Positions 45,197 through 54,774 of a stretch of 64,000 nucleotides of DNA are shown in pieces. Made by a program: the position numbers and the translations under genes. The stretch covers positions 384,055 to 448,054 of the forward strand of contig JACPKM010000001.1 of the NCBI GenBank assembly GCA_016187025.1, in the 5' to 3' direction. Below the pieces are notes generated by a model. The model worked only from the letters and a program-made list of their open reading frames with translations, was not told the DNA's origin and did no database searches. Numbering within the stretch: position 1 is the first letter of the stretch; each line of letters starts with the position of its first letter. The stretch comes from Candidatus Daviesbacteria bacterium (GTDB taxonomy: Bacteria > Patescibacteriota > Microgenomatia > Daviesbacterales > UBA10151).

Positions 45197-47839
45197 ATGT
45201 TAAATATTTTTAGTAAATTTTTAGACTCCAATGAAAGAGAAATAAAAAAGTTGGGAACTGTTGTTGAATCGGTTAATCAACTAGAGAAAAAATATGCTAA
45301 ATTAACTGATAAACAGCTTCAAAGCAAATCTGCAGAGTTTAAATCACAATACCAAAAAGGAAAAACTTTAGAAGATTTGCTGCCGGATGCTTTCGCTGCA
45401 GTTAGAGAAGCTGCCAGTAGAAAGCTTAAAATGCGCCACTTTGATGTGCAACTGGTTGCAGCTACTGCTCTACATCAGGGAAAAATTGCAGAGCAAAAAA
45501 CAGGCGAAGGAAAAACACTTTCAGCAACACCGGCACTATTTTTGAATGCTATTGCAGGAAATGGTGTGCATCTGGTAACTGTTAATGACTACCTTGCAAG
45601 ACGAGATTGTGGTTGGATGGGACCTATATTTCATGCTTTAGGAGCAACTTGTGCCACTATAGTCCATGATGCAGCTTTTATTTATGACCCAAAATATAAA
45701 GATACCACTCATGAAGATAAGAGGCTGCAGTATCTCAGGCCAATTTCAAGAAAAGAAGCTTATCAGGCAGATGTAACCTATGGAACAAATAATGAATTTG
45801 GGTTTGACTATCTACGTGATAACATGGCGTTTAGGTTATCTGATCAAGCTCAAAGAGGTCACTACTATGCAGTAGTTGATGAGGTAGATTCAATATTAAT
45901 CGATGAGGCCAGAACCCCTTTAATAATCTCGGCACCTGCACAGGAAGCAACCGAAAAATATTATGAATTTGCCAAACTCATTAAAAATCTTTCATCCTCT
46001 ACAGATTATGTAGTAGACGAAAAATCTAAAACAGTTCATCTTACAGAGCATGGAACTATTAAAGTTGAAAAGCTGCTAGGAGTTGATAACTTGTATGAAA
46101 AAGATTTTTCCACCCTACATCATATAGAACAAGGCCTAAAAGCCAGAACTCTTTTTGAAAAAGACCGTGACTATGTTGTAAGAGATAACGAGGTAGTAAT
46201 TGTAGATGAGTTTACCGGAAGGCTAATGGAAGGCCGCAGGTACTCGGAGGGATTGCATCAAGCAATTGAGGCAAAAGAGAGTGTGCAGATCCAACAAGAA
46301 AGCAAAACTTTAGCAACAATATCTTTCCAAAATTACTTTAGATTGTATGAGAAATTAGCAGGTATGACTGGTACTGCAGCAACTGAAGCAGAAGAGTTTC
46401 ACAAAATCTATAAACTAGACGTGGTAGTTATTCCTACCCATAGGTCAATGGTAAGAGCTGACCATTCAGATACAATCTACAAAACCCAAAAAGCAAAATA
46501 TACTGCTGTAGCAAATTTAGTAGCAGAGCTATATGAAAAGGGTCAGCCTGTTTTGGTGGGTACAACAGCAATTGATAAAAACGAGTTCTTATCAGATCTT
46601 TTAAAGCATAAAGGTATTTCTCATGCAGTCTTAAATGCCAAAAACCATGAAAAAGAAGCAGAGATCATCGCTCAGGCTGGACAGAAAGGATCAGTCACTG
46701 TCGCAACCAACATGGCAGGAAGAGGAGTGGATATTATTTTGGGTAAAGGTGTTGATAAACTAAGTGGGCTTTATGTGATAGGTACAGAAAGACATGAGTC
46801 AAGGCGAATTGATAATCAGCTCAGAGGGCGATCCGGAAGACAAGGAGATCCAGGAGAAACCAGATTTTTTGTTTCTTTAGAAGATGATTTAATGAGGATT
46901 TTTGGCGGGGACCAAGTGGCCAAGGTAATGAACTTTCTAAAAATGCCTGAGGATGTACCTATTGAACACGGACTTGTTTCAAAAGCCATAGAGGGTGCTC
47001 AGAAGAAGGTTGAAGGACATAATTTCGATATCAGAAAACATACAGTTGAGTATGACGATGTGATGAACCAGCAGCGTCAAATTATCTACAGGATCAGAAA
47101 GAGGGTTTTGGAAACTGCTGAGAATAAAGATAATAGTTTAAAAAACGAAATTCTAGAAAAAATTACACAAGAGATAAACAATATAGTTTTAATTCATAGT
47201 GAAGAAACGATTAATTTGGATAAGATAATAGAAGGGTTTTCTTCAATTATTCCCCTGGATCCCGAAAGCCTAAAGGGTATTAGAAACAAGGCAGAAGAAA
47301 TCCCTGACACTGAAAAAATTTCTCAGTTTTTATTTGATTTGGCTAAAGGCTTTTATCAACAAAGAGAAAAACAAGTTGGGGAAGAAGTGGCCCGGCAGAT
47401 GGAGGTATTTGTCTATTTAAACACAATTGATACTTTATGGATTGAACATTTGGATACAATGGATGATCTGCGTGCAGGGATTGGTCTGCGGGGATATGCA
47501 CAGCGTGATCCTTTGATAGAGTATAAGAGAGAATCTTTTGATTTGTTTGAAAGGTTAATGACAGAAATAGACTATGAAATTGTCCACAGGATTTATAAAG
47601 TTGGCATACAAAATCAACAACCTCGACCAGTAGCAGTGGTAGAGCAGAAAAGTGCAGTAATAGATAATACCAACATTCCTTATGCTGGAACAAAAGTGAC
47701 TGTTGAGCGGGGAGGACAGGTTGTCTCACAGCAGGTATTGGATGAGGCAGGTAGTATACAACACAATAAAATAGGCAGAAATGATCTATGTTGGTGTGGG
47801 AGTGGCCGTAAATACAAAAAATGCCACTACCCCAACTAA
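45197..47839 (+). CDS. secA: Preprotein translocase ATPase SecA
   Basis: DEAD-like motor motifs (Walker A 'GEGKT', 'VDEVDSILIDEARTPLIIS'). C-terminal zinc-binding tail 'CWCGSGRKYKKCH'. Confidence 0.95.
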   Translation: MLNIFSKFLDSNEREIKKLGTVVESVNQLEKKYAKLTDKQLQSKSAEFKSQYQKGKTLEDLLPDAFAAVREAASRKLKMRHFDVQLVAATALHQGKIAEQKTGEGKTLSATPALFLNAIAGNGVHLVTVNDYLARRDCGWMGPIFHALGATCATIVHDAAFIYDPKYKDTTHEDKRLQYLRPISRKEAYQADVTYGTNNEFGFDYLRDNMAFRLSDQAQRGHYYAVVDEVDSILIDEARTPLIISAPAQEATEKYYEFAKLIKNLSSSTDYVVDEKSKTVHLTEHGTIKVEKLLGVDNLYEKDFSTLHHIEQGLKARTLFEKDRDYVVRDNEVVIVDEFTGRLMEGRRYSEGLHQAIEAKESVQIQQESKTLATISFQNYFRLYEKLAGMTGTAATEAEEFHKIYKLDVVVIPTHRSMVRADHSDTIYKTQKAKYTAVANLVAELYEKGQPVLVGTTAIDKNEFLSDLLKHKGISHAVLNAKNHEKEAEIIAQAGQKGSVTVATNMAGRGVDIILGKGVDKLSGLYVIGTERHESRRIDNQLRGRSGRQGDPGETRFFVSLEDDLMRIFGGDQVAKVMNFLKMPEDVPIEHGLVSKAIEGAQKKVEGHNFDIRKHTVEYDDVMNQQRQIIYRIRKRVLETAENKDNSLKNEILEKITQEINNIVLIHSEETINLDKIIEGFSSIIPLDPESLKGIRNKAEEIPDTEKISQFLFDLAKGFYQQREKQVGEEVARQMEVFVYLNTIDTLWIEHLDTMDDLRAGIGLRGYAQRDPLIEYKRESFDLFERLMTEIDYEIVHRIYKVGIQNQQPRPVAVVEQKSAVIDNTNIPYAGTKVTVERGGQVVSQQVLDEAGSIQHNKIGRNDLCWCGSGRKYKKCHYPN

Positions 47840-47878
47840 AATTGCTTCTTAGAACCTTCTTTGTTATCCTAAGTTGTT

Positions 47879-48793
47879 ATGTATAAGATTTTTATTATAT
47901 TCTTGCTGTCTATAGTTATGCTTGCCCCTGTGGGTGTATATGCGCAGGAAGAGCAATCAATAGACCAAATCCCTCTCGAATCCACTGAGTCCTCAAAAGA
48001 AGCTACTTCTTCAACCTCTGAAAAAGAGAGGTTAGAAAAACTAAAACAGGAAGATATTACCAAGCCAGAAGAAGAAAAGCAGCGGGAGGAATTCTTGGCT
48101 TTATTTTCAAAAAGGCACATTGATAAACTAACGCCTTTAAACTTTATGGGTTATTTGGTGCAATACTCTATAAAAGTTGGAGTGCCTGCGAATACGGTTA
48201 TATTAATTTTATTGGTTCCTTTTTTGGCAACTTTTATAGTTTTTGTCAGGCAAATTATTGGACTACCAAGTTTGGAGATGTTGGTACCAATTGCGCTTTC
48301 TATTACCTTTATATCAACTGGTATTACAGCAGGTGCTATCCTTCTTGCAACAATTTTGCTTGCATCAACTATTGCAAGAATAACTTTAAAAAAGATTAGA
48401 ATTATGCAATTACCTAAGATTGCATTATCAAACTTAGTGGTTGCAATATTTGTTTTTATTTCCTTAACAGTTAGTGCATCTGTAGGAATCCTAACGGTAA
48501 AACAGTTATCAATCTTTCCAGTTTTGCTGCTGATATTACTTAGCGAAAAGACAGTTGCTGTGCAACTTTCCCGTGGTCCTCAAGAGGCTTTTGTAATTAC
48601 CTCTATGACTTTACTGCTAGCAATTATCGGGTTTTTAATACTTTCATCTGAAACAGTCAGAAGCTTTATTTTGCTATATCCAGAGCTAATACTTGCTTTG
48701 GTGCCAATCAATATTATTATGGGAAGATATTTTGGACTTAGGCTTACAGAGTTCTTTCGTTTTTCTACTTTGAGAAAATATGTCAATCAGTAA
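47879..48793 (+). CDS. Seven-TM membrane protein with signal peptide and acidic N-terminal ectodomain (partner of the ATP-grasp gene)
   Basis: Signal peptide (…LAPVGVYAQEE), about 70-aa E/K/S-rich region, then about 7 hydrophobic helices. 3' end overlaps the next gene by 14 nt. Confidence 0.55.
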   Translation: MYKIFIIFLLSIVMLAPVGVYAQEEQSIDQIPLESTESSKEATSSTSEKERLEKLKQEDITKPEEEKQREEFLALFSKRHIDKLTPLNFMGYLVQYSIKVGVPANTVILILLVPFLATFIVFVRQIIGLPSLEMLVPIALSITFISTGITAGAILLATILLASTIARITLKKIRIMQLPKIALSNLVVAIFVFISLTVSASVGILTVKQLSIFPVLLLILLSEKTVAVQLSRGPQEAFVITSMTLLLAIIGFLILSSETVRSFILLYPELILALVPINIIMGRYFGLRLTEFFRFSTLRKYVNQ

Positions 48794-50096
48794 GGGCATC
48801 TTAGGATTAAACGCCCGTAACTTCCTTTATATTAGAAAATACAACCTTCCTTCTCCAAAACAGCGGGCAGATAATAAGCTAGAGACAAAAAAGCTACTGA
48901 TTAGGAATAAAATTCCAACTAATAAACTGCTGCAAGTTTTTGACAATAGAGAAAGTATTAAAAACTTTGATTGGAGTTTACCAGAGGAAGGGTTTGCTCT
49001 AAAGCCTGCAAGAGGATATGGGGGAGAGGGAATATTAATTTTTAAAAACTGGAATAACCAAAAAGGGGAAACTATATCGGGGGAGACATTCGATGTTAGA
49101 CAAATAGAATCTCATATCCTTGATATTTTTGAAGGCGCATATTCTCTTCAGTCCCTACCGGATAAGGCCTATATAGAAGAAAAAATTACCCCCCAGCATT
49201 TTTTAAAAAAAATTGATTTAATGGGACTGCCTGATATTAGGATTATCGTTTTTAATAAAGTTCCTGTTATGGCAATGTTAAGACTGCCAACACCGGAATC
49301 AAAAGGAAAAGCTAACCTGCATTTGGGAGCAGTTGGTGTAGGAATAGATCTTCGGACCGGTATTACCAAGGATGCTGTTTACAGAGGGACTTTAATTACT
49401 TTTATTCCCAATACCAAGATTAAAACAAGGGGGATAAAAATTCCTTTTTGGGACCAGATTTTAATGCTTGCTTCTAAGGCTCAATTTGTCAGTAGGTTAG
49501 GACTTGCTGGTGTGGACATTGTGATAGATGAAAACATAGGCCCACTTATATTAGAAATCAATTCCAGGCCTGGGTTATCAATACAAAATGCAAATTTGGC
49601 ATCTCTTAGGTCAAGGTTAGAAAGAGTAGAGCATATTAATATTCCAAGTTTTGAAAGAGCCATTGAGGTGTCAAGGTCGCTTTTTGCAGATGATTTTTCA
49701 GATAAAGTGGATCTTGACCCAAAAGTACTTTCAATTATAGAGCCGATTGTTGTAATAAATGAAGGTAAAAGCAAAATGTATGAAGCAAAACTCGATACAG
49801 GGGCTTTTAGAACTTCCCTTGATAAAGATGTTGTGCAAGAACTCAACCTAGAATATCAAAAGGAGAAAATCTTAATTAAGGCTGCTAGTGGTCAACAAGA
49901 AAGAAGAGTGGTTAAGCTGACATTTAACTTAGCAGGAAAGAAAATTACTACCAACGCAACAGTTGCAGAAAGAGGACACTTAAAATATCCGATTATTGTT
50001 GGCAGAAGAGACTTAAAAGGATTTTTAATTAACCCAGATTTACCCGAAGAAAAAAGCGGAGAAGCAATTGAGGATATTGAAATAAGTACCGAGTAA
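48780..50096 (+). CDS. RimK-like ATP-grasp amidoligase ('sugar-transfer-associated' type, N-terminal 'GLNARN' motif) fused to a C-terminal retropepsin-like aspartyl protease domain
   Basis: ATP-grasp blocks: 'ILGLNARNFLYI', 'DNKLETKKLLIRNKIP', 'ALKPARGYGGEGILI', 'DIRIIVFNKVPVMAMLRL...ANLHLGA', 'LAGVDIVIDENIGPLILEINSRPG'. C-terminal 'KLDTGAFRTSL' (DTGA at nt 49794-49805) and 'IIVGRRDLKG' (retropepsin GRD/N-type motif). Confidence 0.7.
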   Translation: MSISKGILGLNARNFLYIRKYNLPSPKQRADNKLETKKLLIRNKIPTNKLLQVFDNRESIKNFDWSLPEEGFALKPARGYGGEGILIFKNWNNQKGETISGETFDVRQIESHILDIFEGAYSLQSLPDKAYIEEKITPQHFLKKIDLMGLPDIRIIVFNKVPVMAMLRLPTPESKGKANLHLGAVGVGIDLRTGITKDAVYRGTLITFIPNTKIKTRGIKIPFWDQILMLASKAQFVSRLGLAGVDIVIDENIGPLILEINSRPGLSIQNANLASLRSRLERVEHINIPSFERAIEVSRSLFADDFSDKVDLDPKVLSIIEPIVVINEGKSKMYEAKLDTGAFRTSLDKDVVQELNLEYQKEKILIKAASGQQERRVVKLTFNLAGKKITTNATVAERGHLKYPIIVGRRDLKGFLINPDLPEEKSGEAIEDIEISTE

Positions 50097-50098
50097 TA

Positions 50099-51625
50099 TT
50101 ATTCGACAAATCCTAAAACTGGTTCTGTAAGGTTAGTGTTTGCTCCACTGCAATGGTAATCAAGGGTTTTTTTATCTGGAACTTTGGCAGGTAAAATAAC
50201 CCCCATTGGACCATAGCTTTGAGCGATTTCTTTTTCCGACCAAGAATAAGGGTAAACAATACTATAAACTGGAACATTGTTGGAAGGAGGTGCAAGCTTT
50301 AGGTTATATAAATAGAAAAAATACCGAAAGCCAACATTTTCTCCGGGATAGGTGATATAGTTTATTCCCACACAAGGATAGTTTTTTGCTTTAATATCAT
50401 TTGATATAAACTCAGCCACTGCCTTTCTTTCTTTATATCCTGTATGGATGGGATCTGTTGTAGCGTTAATTTGAAAATTTCTAACGAGTAAGATTACAAA
50501 AAAAGAGATGACCAGGCTTTTGTAAGCTTTTGACAAACCCATGAAGTAAGAAAATAATAAGCTAATTACTGCAATTATTATTACTTCAAAGTTTATAAAA
50601 TAGTATTCAGATATTGGTTTAGAGGATAATGAAAAATAAAGCAGGATTCCCAGGATCCAAGAAAACATAAGAATTGTCTCTTTCATCCGTAGAATCTGCT
50701 TTCTGATTAAAAAGGCAGTAGATAGCCCCACCACCAAAAGAGGAATAAATTTTAAACCACCAGATATTGAATTGGGATAGAAAAATAGATCATTAGTGTT
50801 TTTGGCTATAAACTCAGTAACAATCATAGCTTTATACCAGCCTGTGCTGCCTCCGAGTTCATGTGAAAAGCTTTGTAAAATACTGGAAATCTGCAGGAAA
50901 TTGTTTCTTGTTTCAAATACTAAAAAAGGAATAGAAAAAAATATTAAGCTTGCTAAAGAGTATAGACTTTGTTTAAGGCTTGGAAGCTTTTTTGATACAT
51001 ATATTGCTATTGGGATTGCAATTAAAGCAGGTAAGAGCGCAAGATGAATATGCCAGGTTAGTGCAATAAGTATGCCAAGTATAGGTAACACCCTAAAGTT
51101 TCCTCTTGCCAGCATTATGAGGGTGTATAAATACCAGATAGCCCAAAGCTTGGTTGTGATTGTAGGTACAATCCATCGATCAAACCCTACCGATGATAAA
51201 GAAATTGCATGTATAAATGCGGCAGTTAGCCCTGCAGTTTTGTGAAAAAGCCTACTAAAGCAAAAGTAGTAACTTAAGATAGTAGCTGCCCCAACAATAG
51301 GAGCTAAATAGGCACTGCCTATTGGGTCCATATTAAACAATGTAAATAATGGGACAAGCAGATAATAAAAAAGGGATCCTATGTACACTCCTTCGGCACT
51401 TGTTTGCTGGCCAATTAATCTAATATTTCCGTTAACAATAATATCTTTGGCAATCCAAGAATAAAGATCTGCATCGTGGGCAAATCCAAATAAATCAACT
51501 AAATTATATGTTCTAAATAACACACCTAACAAGGTTATAAAAACAAGCGTGATGAAAGTTTTATAATTGATCAATCTTTTTAGGCACATGTGAAATTCAT
51601 TATACTCTATCGTTATCACTTTCAA
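50099..51625 (-). CDS. GT-C fold membrane glycosyltransferase (ArnT/PMT-like)
   Basis: Polytopic. N-terminal loop 'FGFAHDADLYSWIAKD' resembles the GT39/83 acidic loop. 508 aa. Confidence 0.65.
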   Translation of the reverse strand: MKVITIEYNEFHMCLKRLINYKTFITLVFITLLGVLFRTYNLVDLFGFAHDADLYSWIAKDIIVNGNIRLIGQQTSAEGVYIGSLFYYLLVPLFTLFNMDPIGSAYLAPIVGAATILSYYFCFSRLFHKTAGLTAAFIHAISLSSVGFDRWIVPTITTKLWAIWYLYTLIMLARGNFRVLPILGILIALTWHIHLALLPALIAIPIAIYVSKKLPSLKQSLYSLASLIFFSIPFLVFETRNNFLQISSILQSFSHELGGSTGWYKAMIVTEFIAKNTNDLFFYPNSISGGLKFIPLLVVGLSTAFLIRKQILRMKETILMFSWILGILLYFSLSSKPISEYYFINFEVIIIAVISLLFSYFMGLSKAYKSLVISFFVILLVRNFQINATTDPIHTGYKERKAVAEFISNDIKAKNYPCVGINYITYPGENVGFRYFFYLYNLKLAPPSNNVPVYSIVYPYSWSEKEIAQSYGPMGVILPAKVPDKKTLDYHCSGANTNLTEPVLGFVE

Positions 51626-51669
51626 CTATTTAAATTATTTTTTGTTCCTGTTAAACTTTTACTAATTCG

Positions 51670-53220
51670 ATGAGTAGAAAGTTAGCCTTTATTATTTTTA
51701 TTGTTTTGGTAATTGGAACCATTTATAGACTTGTTTTAACTTCTAATGGAAACTTCATTTTTAATATGGATAATGCCAGAGATTTGGTTGATGTAAGAGA
51801 GATGGTAGAGCTGAAAAAGCTTAGATTAACAGGCCCGACCTCAGCAATTGAAGGATTTTTCAATGGTCCTGCTTGGTATTATCTTTTGGCAATTCCTTAT
51901 GCTTTAAGTGGTGGTGATCCATATTCAGCAATTGTTATGGAAATTCTACTTTGGGCGGTAGGGGGATACTTTTTGCTAAAGCTTGTCAGTGATTGGGGTA
52001 GATGGATTGTTTTGGTTGTTGGTAGTGTTTGGGTTGCCTCAAATTATATAGTTTTGGCAACAGTATATTCTTTTAACCCAAATCCTGTAACCTTGTTGAC
52101 GCCACTGTTTATTTTTACACTAGTAAAATATATAAAAACAGATAAATTAATCTATGCAATTTCAGTATTTTTACTGGGAGGATTATTTTTTAATTTCGAG
52201 ATGAATTTCGGGATTTTTACCCCATTGATCATATTTTTCTCCCTTTTTGTTTATAAGAAATTTAGTGTATTTAAATCAAGAAATTTCTGGATAGGAAGTC
52301 TATTTTTTGCGACGGCGCTATTGCCACAAGTCCTATTTGATCTAAAGCATGATTTCTTGATGACAAACTCAGTACTGAATTATTTAAGAAATACACCAGC
52401 TGGAAACTACGATATCTTTTCAAGACTACAACTTATTGCTAATACTTTTTTTGGAACATTTATACCAACGCTAATGAATTATAAAACGATTGCCCAAATA
52501 TTAATAATTCTTTTTGTACCAATTATCATAAAATCAATTAAGCTTGGTGAACTGAAAAAAAATCCAGTAGTGCTGGCTAGTGTGCTATATATTTTTATTC
52601 CCTTTGTGGGCTATGTACTTTTACCGGTGACAGTAAACCCTTGGCATTTGGGTGGACCCATGACAGCCTCTTTGATATTAATAGCTTTTGTATTAAGCCG
52701 GGTAAATCAAATAAATTTCGCAGGGAAAATAACAAGCTTTTTATTGGGTTTTACTCTATTGTTTTTCTCATTTAATAATATAGCCAATTACTTTCGCGAA
52801 AGAAGTAAGCCAAATATGGATCCTTCTCTTTTTGCAAATGAGATGAAAGCAATAGATTATGCTTACAAACTTGCAGATGGAAAAAACTTTAAGCTGTATT
52901 CATATCTTCCTTCAGTAATTGATTTCCCTTACCAATACTTAATTTGGTGGCATGGAAGGAAAAGTTATGGTTATCTTCCTTCAGAATATGCTTATTCTCC
53001 AAATATACCCCGATACATTTCAAATAAGCAATTTTTCTCTGCAAACCAAGAAAGTTTAAAACAGAGAGACAACTCAGGTTTGGTGTTTATGGTTAAAGAA
53101 CCAGACCGTATTAAAATGAGACGTGCTTGGGAAGATGACTTTGATCCTTTGAAGTTTATTTCCAAAGAAATGATAGGACCCCTTGAAATAGAGGTCAGGA
53201 AAGAGGAGACTCAACCCTAA
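51670..53220 (+). CDS. GT-C fold membrane glycosyltransferase (ArnT/PMT-like)
   Basis: Polytopic. 'FNMDNARDLVDVREM' acidic loop after TM1. 516 aa. Divergently transcribed from 50099-51625. Confidence 0.6.
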   Translation: MSRKLAFIIFIVLVIGTIYRLVLTSNGNFIFNMDNARDLVDVREMVELKKLRLTGPTSAIEGFFNGPAWYYLLAIPYALSGGDPYSAIVMEILLWAVGGYFLLKLVSDWGRWIVLVVGSVWVASNYIVLATVYSFNPNPVTLLTPLFIFTLVKYIKTDKLIYAISVFLLGGLFFNFEMNFGIFTPLIIFFSLFVYKKFSVFKSRNFWIGSLFFATALLPQVLFDLKHDFLMTNSVLNYLRNTPAGNYDIFSRLQLIANTFFGTFIPTLMNYKTIAQILIILFVPIIIKSIKLGELKKNPVVLASVLYIFIPFVGYVLLPVTVNPWHLGGPMTASLILIAFVLSRVNQINFAGKITSFLLGFTLLFFSFNNIANYFRERSKPNMDPSLFANEMKAIDYAYKLADGKNFKLYSYLPSVIDFPYQYLIWWHGRKSYGYLPSEYAYSPNIPRYISNKQFFSANQESLKQRDNSGLVFMVKEPDRIKMRRAWEDDFDPLKFISKEMIGPLEIEVRKEETQP

Positions 53221-53617
53221 TTAACCTTTTATTTGCATCAATTTTTTCAAAGTTTATAAGAATTGTATTTTTCGGTAAAAGGTCCAACCCTTTTTCTGCC
53301 CATTCAATTAAAACCAAATCACTAAAAAAATCCTCCACCCCTAAATTTTTAATAGCTTCTTTGTTGTCTAACCTGTATAAATCAATATGAAAAAGAGTTT
53401 TTTTAGTATCAGGGATTTGATGTTGTCTTATCAAAACAAACGTAGGGGAAATAATTTTTTCCTTAATACCTAAGCCCTCAGCAAAACCTTGGACAAAAGT
53501 TGTTTTGCCCGCACCCAGTTCTCCGGAAAGAGCAATTACTCCTTGCTTATATTTTTTTGCCAATTTCTTGGCTAAGTCTTTTGTTTCTTTTGCAGAGCTT
53601 GTTATATATTCTTCCAT
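53195..53617 (-). CDS. tsaE: tRNA threonylcarbamoyladenosine biosynthesis protein TsaE
   Basis: P-loop 'GELGAGKTTFVQG' and 140-aa size typical of TsaE/YjeE. Confidence 0.85.
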   Translation of the reverse strand: MEEYITSSAKETKDLAKKLAKKYKQGVIALSGELGAGKTTFVQGFAEGLGIKEKIISPTFVLIRQHQIPDTKKTLFHIDLYRLDNKEAIKNLGVEDFFSDLVLIEWAEKGLDLLPKNTILINFEKIDANKRLIRVESPLS

Positions 53618-54750
53618 AGAGGGAATTTTATCTTATCTTTTAGTCTAATGTAAAATCCTATTGCTACCCCTGCAACTATTATCAAAATTCCTAGTAAAGG
53701 AATAGAAGACTTACTTTCTTTTTGATTCATTATTTTTGCTGATGGGTTGGGAGTGGCAGATGTAGTTTCAATGCCGGCAACTGATGCTTGTTTGATCTGG
53801 GAAGAAGCTGAAGCAGATTTTTGGCTTAGTTTTGCTGAAGGGGTATCAGGTGGAGTAGGTATAGTTATTATTGAGGCTGGTGAAGGGATAGGGGATAAGG
53901 TCGGGGTTGGTAAACTAGTTTTGCTTACATTAATATTTACTTCATTGCTCCAAGAAACGCTAGAGTTACCGTCAATATATCTTCCAACTTTAAAGATGTA
54001 GTCCCCAGGTCCTTCAAACCCGGAATCTGTATCATCAGGTTTTACCTCTAGCTCTCCTGTCCAGTTTCCTGAGTTGTTGGTGGTTATAGAAAACTGACTA
54101 TTGTAACCACTGTTATTAGAAACCCAGCTACCTGAAACTTTAGTTAAACCAAAATAGTTACTTCCACCATCTTTTTTAAATGCTCCTTTTAAATAAATTT
54201 TAGCGTTTGGATTATTAGGTAACGACAAGTTAACTAATGGCTTAAATGTTTGGTCTGAAGTTATTTCATTTGGAAGGTTTGTGATATTAAAAACATTTAC
54301 AGCAGAGGTTGAAGAGGGTGTTGGAGTTGGCGTTGATGTCGCAGCCGGAGTAGGTAGGGGTGATGGAGTGGCCGAGGAATTGCTGGTAATTTGATCAACC
54401 AAAATAAAGGACCAGATACTACTCCAGTTGCTCCATGTTCCTCCAGAATCTTTAGCTTTGACTCTCCAAAACCAAGTACCTTGGCTGAGTTTCGGTGAGT
54501 AATATTCATTACTAGTATAGGTGTTTTTATCGGGAACAGAAAATGAAATTTCATTATCTATCTGGATTAAGTATGTATTTCCAGATTTATAAAGAGCATA
54601 GGAAGGCTCTTGCCATTCTAGCTTAGTAGATGTTGTTTGAGACTTATCTTGTGGAGTCAAAAGAGTGGGTGATACTCCAGCTAAAGTATCTGTTGGAAAG
54701 GTAAGGAATAGTAAAAAAACTGTAAATATTAAGAGTGGTTTATTCCACAT
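53602..54750 (-). CDS. Secreted/surface protein with fibronectin-III-like domain, Pro/Thr/Ser linkers and C-terminal TM anchor
   Basis: Signal peptide. 'WFWRVKAKDSGGTWSNWSSIWSF' has an FN3-like Trp pattern. Two PT-rich linkers. C-terminal hydrophobic helix with basic tail. Confidence 0.5.
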   Translation of the reverse strand: MWNKPLLIFTVFLLFLTFPTDTLAGVSPTLLTPQDKSQTTSTKLEWQEPSYALYKSGNTYLIQIDNEISFSVPDKNTYTSNEYYSPKLSQGTWFWRVKAKDSGGTWSNWSSIWSFILVDQITSNSSATPSPLPTPAATSTPTPTPSSTSAVNVFNITNLPNEITSDQTFKPLVNLSLPNNPNAKIYLKGAFKKDGGSNYFGLTKVSGSWVSNNSGYNSQFSITTNNSGNWTGELEVKPDDTDSGFEGPGDYIFKVGRYIDGNSSVSWSNEVNINVSKTSLPTPTLSPIPSPASIITIPTPPDTPSAKLSQKSASASSQIKQASVAGIETTSATPNPSAKIMNQKESKSSIPLLGILIIVAGVAIGFYIRLKDKIKFPLWKNI

Positions 54751-54774
54751 CTTATCTTTATCATATATCTAAAT

